Shown: positions 1 through 6,512, numbered from the stretch's first letter. The stretch: 64,000 nt of DNA from an uncultured Candidatus Saccharibacteria bacterium (GCA_964633425.1 CAZWFX010000003.1:32357-96356); one strand, 5' to 3'. Notes: generated by a model not told the origin, from the letters alone. A program made the numbers and translations.

Positions 1-2
1 AT

Positions 3-188
3 GCCGACGGTATCGAAAAGGCGATTCGTGTCGGAGGTGATTCGGAAACCTATGCAGCGGTTGCGGGGGCACTTTTGGGTGCTCGGTTCGGCATTCACGA
101 CATCCCTGGTGCATGGCGCAAAGACATGATGGGTGTCGACGTGATGCTCGGCATTGCCGACGACCTGTACGAGATCGCTCACCGCTGA
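3..188 (+). CDS. ADP-ribosylglycohydrolase family protein, C-terminal part (5' end outside window)
   Basis: Frame 3 reads ADGIEKAIRVGGDSETYAAVAGALLGARFGIHDIPGAWRKD... The GGD(S/T)xT..A..GAL.GA.(F/Y)G..IP..W block is the C-terminal signature of the ARH/DraG family. Stop TGA at 186-188. There is no start codon inside the window. Confidence 0.7.
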   Translation, partial: ADGIEKAIRVGGDSETYAAVAGALLGARFGIHDIPGAWRKDMMGVDVMLGIADDLYEIAHR

Positions 189-196
189 GGTGGGTA

Positions 197-235
197 CTAA
201 AAAACGGCCGCCTTTCGAGGCGGCCGTGCTTTTAT
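197..235. terminator. bidirectional rho-independent terminator between the convergent ARH and NrtR-like genes
   Basis: Perfect 8-bp GC stem CGGCCGCC(205-212)-TTTCGA-GGCGGCCG(219-226), with an A-run on the 5' side and a T-rich tract on the 3' side. Confidence 0.7.
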
Positions 236-930
236 ATAATTTCAATCTCTTTGACCTTGTCGCTCGCAAACCGATACAGCTGCGCGGGCCGGAAGCGTCC
301 GCCGGTTCGCTTGCGCGGCAGTTCTTTGAGAATATCGAGCTTCAGGATTTTTTTACGGAAATTGCGCTTATCAAGTTCGTGACCGAGCGTAGCCTCGTAC
401 ATTTGTTCGAGCTCCGTCAGCGTGAACTCTTTCGGCATGAGCTTACCGATCAGTGTTGTGTAGGTCATGCGCGAATGTAGGCGAGTGAGTGCTACAGACA
501 GCATGTCGGTGTGATCGTATGCAAGCGTGACTTTCTTGCCGGCGGGGGCCCACCAGCAATCATCTGTGTCGGACTGTTCCGTGTGCGAGAGCGAGCTCCA
601 CGGAACATACGCGATGTAGCCCACGGCGACCACGCGCCCGCGCGGATCGCGATCGACTTGGCTGAATGTATAGAGCTGTTCCATGTACACCTTGTCGGGA
701 TCGACACATGCTTTTGCAGAGAGGTGACGGCGCGCGGCGTCTTCTGCGGTTTCTTTCGGATCAATAAGGCCGCCGGGGAATCCCTGTGAGTTTGCGAAGT
801 AGGGTGGTCGATTCACGGCAACGAGTCGCATATGAAGCTGACCGTCCTTGACGGTAAACAGCGTGACGTCGGTTGCGAGCACCGCAAAGCGCAGATGCTC
901 CGGAGAGGGAACGAATGTTCCGTTGGACAT
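232..930 (-). CDS. NrtR-like regulator: Nudix-fold domain with degenerate Nudix box plus C-terminal winged helix
   Basis: 232-aa ORF. The Nudix box region GLIDPKETAEDAARRHLSAKACV keeps G-x5-E-x7-R, but the REUxEE glutamates are replaced. The C-terminus (FTLTELEQMYEATLGHELDKRNFRKKILKL...) looks like the wHTH of NrtR-type ADP-ribose-responsive repressors. Confidence 0.7.
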   Translation of the reverse strand: MSNGTFVPSPEHLRFAVLATDVTLFTVKDGQLHMRLVAVNRPPYFANSQGFPGGLIDPKETAEDAARRHLSAKACVDPDKVYMEQLYTFSQVDRDPRGRVVAVGYIAYVPWSSLSHTEQSDTDDCWWAPAGKKVTLAYDHTDMLSVALTRLHSRMTYTTLIGKLMPKEFTLTELEQMYEATLGHELDKRNFRKKILKLDILKELPRKRTGGRFRPAQLYRFASDKVKEIEII

Positions 931-936
931 AGATAC

Positions 937-964
937 ACTGTACAGAACAAATAGTTATTGTCAA
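937..964 (-). promoter_or_regulatory. sigma70-type promoter positioned for a leaderless NrtR-like mRNA
   Basis: On the minus strand: TTGACA (964-959), a 16-nt spacer, TACAGT (942-937), 6 nt, then ATG (930-928). No Shine-Dalgarno sequence lies upstream of the ATG. Confidence 0.5.
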
Positions 965-999
965 ATATACACTTATCAACAGGTTATTTAGTGTAGTAT

Positions 1000-1149
1000 T
1001 GACACTATGTTAAACCGGGAATACTGTGCGAAGTAGGAGTAGGACATGTGTTCTCTGACATAGTGCGTACATATATTGACAGTGTCAGTTCAAAATGTGA
1101 CAGTTTCGCCGGTTTGCTACTTCGTTAGCACAAGGTCTTTGACAGTGTG
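1000..1149. promoter_or_regulatory. array of five TGACA-type repeats (candidate operators) in the divergent control region
   Basis: Copies are TGACACTATG(1000), TGACATAGTG(1056), TGACAGTGTC(1077), TGACAGTTTC(1098) and TGACAGTGTG(1140). The last four are spaced 21/21/42 bp. The 1077 copy is the perfect palindrome TGACA-G-TGTCA. Confidence 0.55.
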
Positions 1150-1165
1150 CTAGTGAATCTAAAGT
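1139..1165 (+). promoter_or_regulatory. candidate promoter of the three-gene operon
   Basis: TTGACA (1139-1144), 15 nt, TAAAGT (1160-1165), about 35 nt upstream of the ATG at 1203. The spacer is short, so this is tentative. Confidence 0.3.
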
Positions 1166-1202
1166 ACCTGAGACTGAGTTCAACCCAGAGGAGAACTACC
1201 AG

Positions 1203-2396
1203 ATGACGACCGAATCCAATGCCGCACCCGCGGTTGTGCCGCAGGCGTGGATCGACTACATCGGCCCGTTCGTTTCCGTGATCGGTAAGCCGATCGAGGA
1301 GGTGAATACGGCGCTCAGCGCAATCGTCGGGGACCCCGGCGAACAGGCGATCGCGCTCCTCAAGGACGCGAACCTGACTCCGGACGCCGCGATCAAGAGT
1401 GCGTTCCAGGGTATGCCGCTCGGCATTCTGAATCTCGCGATCACCAAGCTCCGTGCGGCACCTGTTGCCGCCACGCCGGTTTCGTTCGGCGGGCTCGATA
1501 TTCTGCCCGACGTGCCGACCGAGCAATCGTGGCTCTCGGCGCTCCGCGCAGGCGGGGCACTGAAGGTCAGTCAGGCGACGGTCACCTCTGCGATTCGTGC
1601 GACGCTCGCTCACCGCGCCGGTCTCTACGACCTGCCGGCGATCCTGGTCGAACGCATCGAGAAGTTCGCCGATGACAACGCCGAGCAAGTCGGCACCGAC
1701 TTCTTCGCGCTGCGCAAGCAGTTGCGCAAGAAGGAGTACGCCGAAGTGTTCGAGGCGATCGGCATCGACGGTCTCGACGGCAACTACGTCACCGACAAGC
1801 GCAAGAATGATCTGTTCGTCCGCATCGACGGCGACCTGTGGCCTGCCATCGTGTCCTTCCAGGGCACGCTGAAGGGCTGGGTCGACTCGTGGCAGACGCA
1901 GTCCAACAATCCCGGACTGATGATGCAGAACATGATGGCGATCATGTCGGGCGGCGTCGGCGCCGTTCCGCAGGCATTCATGATGCAGGCGCCGGATACC
2001 GGCGTGCTGCACGATGCGGCCGACGGCTTCAACGACGTGATCAACAAGGTCTTCGCCGGCACCCGCATGCCGATCGCCAGTGCGCTCGCGCACGAAGCGA
2101 CGCAGATCGTGAAGACGCTCGAGAATCCGGCACTGCCCGGATATATCGGTGCGGCCAATCGCGATCAGATGCTGCGTATGCTCGGCGTCGAAGTTGCGGC
2201 AACGTATCCGCGCATGGAGGTCAATCTGATCAAGTACGTGATGAGCGTGCTCAAGATCAAGGACCTCTCGGCCGGACCGGAAGAGCAGCAGTTCTTCGTC
2301 GCGCTCTCGATGCTGGGCAATTCGATCCCGTGGGATCAGCTCGGCCTCGGCAAGCGCAATCGTCCCGACACTGAGCGGCGCCCTCGCGCGCTGTAA
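1203..2396 (+). CDS. hypothetical protein (397 aa, helix-rich, Met/Gln-rich segment), no recognisable family
   Basis: Long ORF in a high-GC region. SD GAGGAG (1188-1193) lies 9 nt before the ATG. The opposite-strand 484-aa ORF is R-rich shadow noise. I recognise no catalytic or binding motif. Confidence 0.8.
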   Translation: MTTESNAAPAVVPQAWIDYIGPFVSVIGKPIEEVNTALSAIVGDPGEQAIALLKDANLTPDAAIKSAFQGMPLGILNLAITKLRAAPVAATPVSFGGLDILPDVPTEQSWLSALRAGGALKVSQATVTSAIRATLAHRAGLYDLPAILVERIEKFADDNAEQVGTDFFALRKQLRKKEYAEVFEAIGIDGLDGNYVTDKRKNDLFVRIDGDLWPAIVSFQGTLKGWVDSWQTQSNNPGLMMQNMMAIMSGGVGAVPQAFMMQAPDTGVLHDAADGFNDVINKVFAGTRMPIASALAHEATQIVKTLENPALPGYIGAANRDQMLRMLGVEVAATYPRMEVNLIKYVMSVLKIKDLSAGPEEQQFFVALSMLGNSIPWDQLGLGKRNRPDTERRPRAL

Positions 2397-2414
2397 CAGA
2401 ACGGACATCAATGG

Positions 2415-2440
2415 GAGGCGGCACCGTTCGGTGCCGCCTC
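2415..2440 (+). promoter_or_regulatory. strong intercistronic GC hairpin (possible attenuator or mRNA-stability element)
   Basis: Perfect 11-bp stem GAGGCGGCACC-GTTC-GGTGCCGCCTC, followed by GAATTCTTTG, which is only a weak U-tract. It lies between gene A and the pseudokinase gene. Confidence 0.6.
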
Positions 2441-2465
2441 GAATTCTTTGAAAAGGATTGCACCG

Positions 2466-3578
2466 ATGATGGATGCAGATCTTCTGCCCGTCTACGAACG
2501 CATCATGCAGGCCGCACGGCCTGAGGATGTGTTCGAAGAATTGTCGGTCGTGCTTCCGCCGCGTCTCATGGAAAAGCATCTGCAGCCCGAAATGGATGCA
2601 ATGCGCTCCGTGCTTGATGCGGACCGCTACTCGTCACTCGATGACAAGGAGGCGGCACGACTCGCCAAGCCGAAGCTCGAAGAGTTCTATCGGATGGCGC
2701 TCGAGCGCGCGGCCAAAGGCCTCTACGCGCCCGAGGACTACACGCCCTACGTTCCGACCGGCAACGGTCGGACGATCATCGTCGACGGCACGACATATAC
2801 GGTCGGTGAAAAGTTCCACGTGGGAGAGCATTCCGCTCTCTACAAGGGACGCATGGCGATCGATCAGGGAAGTGCGGGTGTCATTATTCGGATCGCGAAT
2901 GATCCGGGTACCAACCCCTACGTTCTCAACGAGATCGGCATGCTCGATCAACTGCATCGTGTCGACGTGGGATACTGGCGTCACATTCCGTTCATGCTCG
3001 GCCGCTTTTCGGCGGGCGATCGTATCGGTCTTGTGACGCGCTACTTCTCAGGTCACACACTCACCGAGGTGCGCGCAAACAAACTGCATCGCGATGGTCT
3101 CGACCAGCGCCATGTGGTGTGGGTGCTCGACAGAATGCTCGGGCTCATGTGGTACTACCACGAGCTCGGCATCGTGCACGGTCGGATCGAACCGGAGAGA
3201 ATCCGTGTTCGGCCGTACAACCACAATGCGCTCCTTACCGGCTGGGGACACGCGGTCTTCAAGCCGGCGATCACCGGACAGAAGCTTGCTTCTGTCGGCG
3301 GAATATTCGAAGCCCCGGAAATCGGGGATTCGGGTGCCGTCGGTCCGTGGACCGACATCTACAGTCTCGGCAAAACGCTCATCTGGCTCATCGGCGGCGA
3401 TCCCGCCACCAATGAAATGCCCGATCGCGTCGAACCGAAACTGCGACAGTTTCTGGCGAACATGGTGTGGAAGAGCCCCAAGGCTCGACCGCACAATGCC
3501 CGTCAGCTCTACGACGCTCAAAACAGGTTGAAAGACACCCTGTGGGAGCGGCGATTCGTCCACATGCCCATGGCATAA
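2466..3578 (+). CDS. protein-kinase-fold protein, predicted pseudokinase, with helical J-domain-like N-terminus
   Basis: Kinase C-lobe signatures are kept: FEAPE (APE) and TDIYSLGKTLIWLIGG. The catalytic positions read GVIIRIA (Lys->Arg), HGRIEPERI (HRDxKxxN lost) and GWG (DFG lost). ATG at 2466 follows AAGGA; the ORF track offers a TTG at 2448. Confidence 0.75.
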   Translation: MMDADLLPVYERIMQAARPEDVFEELSVVLPPRLMEKHLQPEMDAMRSVLDADRYSSLDDKEAARLAKPKLEEFYRMALERAAKGLYAPEDYTPYVPTGNGRTIIVDGTTYTVGEKFHVGEHSALYKGRMAIDQGSAGVIIRIANDPGTNPYVLNEIGMLDQLHRVDVGYWRHIPFMLGRFSAGDRIGLVTRYFSGHTLTEVRANKLHRDGLDQRHVVWVLDRMLGLMWYYHELGIVHGRIEPERIRVRPYNHNALLTGWGHAVFKPAITGQKLASVGGIFEAPEIGDSGAVGPWTDIYSLGKTLIWLIGGDPATNEMPDRVEPKLRQFLANMVWKSPKARPHNARQLYDAQNRLKDTLWERRFVHMPMA

Positions 3579-3593
3579 CAAGGGAGACTACAC

Positions 3594-5033
3594 GTGAAGA
3601 CATCAAGGATCAGTTCTCGCGCCGACGCTGAAGTCGCACTCACCAATGTGCGCTCCAGCGCGACCGCGTTCTCGCATAGCGAAGCGATGACGCGCTCCGG
3701 CGTCGGACGGTGTCACCCGAATCTCAACCCGAAGGGTGTGGTTCGCGAGTGCCTCGATACGAGGCAGATGCCGTTCGTCACGCCGATCGCAATCGGCATG
3801 GATATCACGAAGTCGCGCGGCAACGATGCACGAATCGTGTACGAACAGACGATGCCGTTTTTGGGCTCGCTGTTCATGTCGGGCGCCGTCACCGATCCGC
3901 AGATTCTGTTTGCGGGTATCGGCGACGCGACCGTCGACACGGCGCCGCTCCAGGTGGGGCAGTTCGAGTCCGATGACCGCATGGACAAGGATCTCGAGCG
4001 TATGTGGCTCGAGGGCGGCGGCGGCGGAACAGGCCAGGAGTCGTACGAGCTGTTTGCGTATCTGCTCGCTCGCAAGACCAAGATCGACGCGATCGACAAG
4101 CGCGGCAAGAAGGGCTACTGCTTCTTCACTGCCGACGAAGCGCCGTATCCGTTCGTGAAGAAGACCGAAGTCGAGACCGTTTTCGGCGACAAGCTGAAGA
4201 AGGACATCCCGACGCCGGCGATCTTCGCGGAGCTGCAGAAGAAGTTCCGCACGTTCCTGGTCTATCCGGGCAAGCCGATGGCCGAGCGGCAGACCGACAT
4301 CGACGCCGAGATCCGTCAGCGCTTGCTGAAGGCCGGCGGCCGATTCGAGAACTGCTCGATCCGGGCGACGCTGATCTGGAACAGCTTCACCGACCTCGAT
4401 CTGCACGTCGTCACGCCGGACCGCGACCACATCTACTACGGCGATCGCACCTCCAGGTGCGGCGGCACGCTCGATGTGGATCGCAATGCGACCGGTCGCG
4501 AGACCCGCGAGCCGGTGGAAAATATCCGCTGGCCCAAGGGCACCGCGAAGCCGGGCAAGTATCGCGTCTACGTCCAGAACTTCGCCGAGCACGAACGCGA
4601 CGGCAAGAATACGCCGTTCAAGGTCGAGCTCGACCTCGACGGAAAGATCCAGACCTTCGAGGGTGTCATGAAGGCCGGCACCACCAAGGGGTCGAGTGAC
4701 AAAACTGCGTTCGAGTTCGACTACGTGCCGGAAGGCATGCAGCAGGCGAACGCGCAGGGTCGCGAGGCCTACGCCGACGAGACCATCCTCGGCGAGTGGC
4801 GCACGTGCATTCCGGACGGCCACATCATCCGGCTGACGGATGCAAAGTGGACGACCGAAGCCATGATCGGCGTCATGGGTATCCAGAGCGGAAAGAAGAC
4901 ACTCAGGCAGGTCCTTGCGGACATGCACGAACGTGCCGTCGATCCGAAGGGTATCAAGGACGTCGAGCTCGCGCTCAAGCCGTTCGCCGCGCAGGCGGTG
5001 ATCGACGAAGTCGGCGAAGAAGCATTCACTTGA
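3594..5033 (+). CDS. vWA domain protein fused to YfaP/DUF2135-like domain plus extra C-terminal domain
   Basis: GTG start after GGGAG. MIDAS-like residues: GMDITKS ... GGGGGTGQESYE ... FFTADE. The later segment LIWNSFTDLDLHVVTPDRDHIYYGDRTSRCGGTLDVDRNA...EPVENIRW...GKYRVYVQNF matches the DUF2135 pattern (LDLHV..P.G..I.Y....GG.L..D). Confidence 0.75.
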   Translation: MKTSRISSRADAEVALTNVRSSATAFSHSEAMTRSGVGRCHPNLNPKGVVRECLDTRQMPFVTPIAIGMDITKSRGNDARIVYEQTMPFLGSLFMSGAVTDPQILFAGIGDATVDTAPLQVGQFESDDRMDKDLERMWLEGGGGGTGQESYELFAYLLARKTKIDAIDKRGKKGYCFFTADEAPYPFVKKTEVETVFGDKLKKDIPTPAIFAELQKKFRTFLVYPGKPMAERQTDIDAEIRQRLLKAGGRFENCSIRATLIWNSFTDLDLHVVTPDRDHIYYGDRTSRCGGTLDVDRNATGRETREPVENIRWPKGTAKPGKYRVYVQNFAEHERDGKNTPFKVELDLDGKIQTFEGVMKAGTTKGSSDKTAFEFDYVPEGMQQANAQGREAYADETILGEWRTCIPDGHIIRLTDAKWTTEAMIGVMGIQSGKKTLRQVLADMHERAVDPKGIKDVELALKPFAAQAVIDEVGEEAFT

Positions 5034-5060
5034 CACGCAGTCAATACAGTCGCACATTAC

Positions 5061-5098
5061 GGGGAGCGCCTTTCGGGGCGCTCCTTTGCTTTTGATCC
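5061..5098 (+). terminator. rho-independent terminator after the three-gene operon
   Basis: GGAGCGCC(5063-5070)-TTTCGG-GGCGCTCC(5077-5084), followed by TTTGCTTTTG. Confidence 0.75.
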
Positions 5099-5117
5099 TT
5101 TACAGGAGGGAATAGAA

Positions 5118-6461
5118 ATGAAAAAGCACGCAACGATCGTCGTGGATCTCGGATTCGGCGATGCGGGCAAAGGCACCATCGTCGATCACGTCGCGCGACG
5201 CGGCGGATACGCATCCGTCGTTCGATTCAATGGGGGCGGTCAGGCTGCACACAATGTGGTCCTGCCCGACGGCCGACACCATACGTTCCGTCAGTTCGGC
5301 AGTGCCACGTTCGTGCCGGGGATCCGGACGCATCTCTCGCGCTTCATGCTCGTCGATCCGTTCGAACTCATTCACGAAGCGAATCTCCTGGTGGACGCCG
5401 GCGTTCGTGATCCGCTTGCGCGGCACTCGATCGACGAGCATGCGCTCGTCGTTGCTCCTCATAGCAAGAATGCCAATCGCGTGCGCGAAGCCCGTCGTGG
5501 AAACGGCAGGCACGGCACGTGTGCAATGGGTATCGGCGAGACGATGGACATGTCGATCAAACATCCGGAGATGGCCATCCGTGCGCGCGACCTGCTCGAT
5601 CTGAGCGTAGTCACTCGCAAGTTGAACCGCATCGCGGAGTATGTTGCGGTCGAATTCAAGGACGATCCGCTCTACAAGGAGCTGGAAAATACTCCGGCCG
5701 CGAGTCGCACTGGTGCGTGGTTCGCAGATGCGCCGCCGAGCGAGTGGGCAGGAATGCTCCACGAAATCGGAAAACGCATCACGATCGTCGATGACAAACA
5801 TCTGTGGCGCATCGCGCGCAGCGGAAACTTGCTGTTCGAAGGTTCGCAGGGAGTTTTGCTCGACGAATGGCGCGGATTTCATCCGTATACCACGTGGTCG
5901 ACAACGACTGCAGAGAATGCTCGAACCTTGCTTCAGGAAGCAGGCTACGAGTATTCAACGGAGACGATCGGCGTCCTGCGCGCGTTTCATACGCGTCATG
6001 GCGAAGGTCCGTTCCCGACGGAAAATGCGACGCTCACGAAACTGCTACCCGATAGTCACAACGACAACATCGGTCCGCAGGGAGTGTTTCGTGTCGGCTG
6101 GTTTGATGCGGTGCTCGCACAGTACGCGCTTGATGTATGCGGCGGCGTTGATTCGCTTGCGATCACACATCTCGATCGCTTCGACGCACTGGCTGATCCG
6201 CAGATCTGCCTCGGATACAAATCTGCAAACGGTGCGTTTGCGCGAATTCCGGTGAATCCGGTCAAGGAAGATCTTGTTGCGCAGGCAGAGATCACGAAGT
6301 TGGTCGCGCGTGCGCAACCGCTGTACCAACCCGCGCGCCTGGTGGGCGATCCCTATGCCAGGATGATCGCAGACATGGTTTCGACACCGGTCTCGATAAC
6401 GTCGTACGGGCCGACCTCGGCGGACAAGCGAGTCCTCGGGAGGCGCGTTCGCGCAGCGTAA
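5118..6461 (+). CDS. adenylosuccinate synthetase (PurA) family ligase, divergent paralog
   Basis: Family motifs are present: P-loop GDAGKGTIVD (cf. GDEGKGK), GGGQAAHNV (cf. GGxNAGHT), GTCAMGIGET, HGEGPFPTE, THLD and SYGPTSADK. The Asp-binding loop reads NIGPQGVFRVGW instead of GxTTGRxRRxGW. A strong SD, AGGAGGG, precedes the start. Confidence 0.8.
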   Translation: MKKHATIVVDLGFGDAGKGTIVDHVARRGGYASVVRFNGGGQAAHNVVLPDGRHHTFRQFGSATFVPGIRTHLSRFMLVDPFELIHEANLLVDAGVRDPLARHSIDEHALVVAPHSKNANRVREARRGNGRHGTCAMGIGETMDMSIKHPEMAIRARDLLDLSVVTRKLNRIAEYVAVEFKDDPLYKELENTPAASRTGAWFADAPPSEWAGMLHEIGKRITIVDDKHLWRIARSGNLLFEGSQGVLLDEWRGFHPYTTWSTTTAENARTLLQEAGYEYSTETIGVLRAFHTRHGEGPFPTENATLTKLLPDSHNDNIGPQGVFRVGWFDAVLAQYALDVCGGVDSLAITHLDRFDALADPQICLGYKSANGAFARIPVNPVKEDLVAQAEITKLVARAQPLYQPARLVGDPYARMIADMVSTPVSITSYGPTSADKRVLGRRVRAA

Positions 6462-6474
6462 GTTCTTTGAGACT

Positions 6475-6510
6475 CAGCCTTCGGCTCACGCCGAAGGCTG
6501 TTCTTTTTTA
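6475..6510 (+). terminator. rho-independent terminator
   Basis: CAGCCTTCGG-CTCACG-CCGAAGGCTG, followed by TTCTTTTTTA. Confidence 0.8.
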
Positions 6511-6512
6511 TG

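Noticed and set aside
1203-5033. Interpretation as a TerY-P triad (vWA + PP2C phosphatase + Ser/Thr kinase) or a PrkA-YhbH-SpoVR module.
   Set aside because: There is no PP2C-like or SpoVR-like gene and no AAA+ PrkA-type kinase. The kinase-fold protein lacks its catalytic residues, and the vWA protein is much larger than TerY and carries a DUF2135-like domain. The analogy is kept only as background.
1125-5882. Very long minus-strand ORFs (1125-2579, 3603-5057, 5100-5882) opposite the operon and the PurA-like gene.
   Set aside because: Their translations are Arg/Asp/His-rich and low-complexity with no motifs, whereas the plus-strand products carry clear family signatures and SDs. They are typical shadow ORFs of high-GC3 genes. 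The same reasoning applies to 25044-25739, 38129-38902, 43282-44073, 49000-49773, 50794-51516 and 44877-45488.
5118-6461. PurA-like gene as a phage-type PurZ (2-aminoadenine pathway).
   Set aside because: I see no MazZ-like (MazG), DatZ-like (HD dATPase) or DNA polymerase partners and no phage genes nearby. By-eye comparison with the PurZ sequence as I recall it shows no specific similarity beyond the family core. An altered substrate is possible, but PurZ identity is unsupported.
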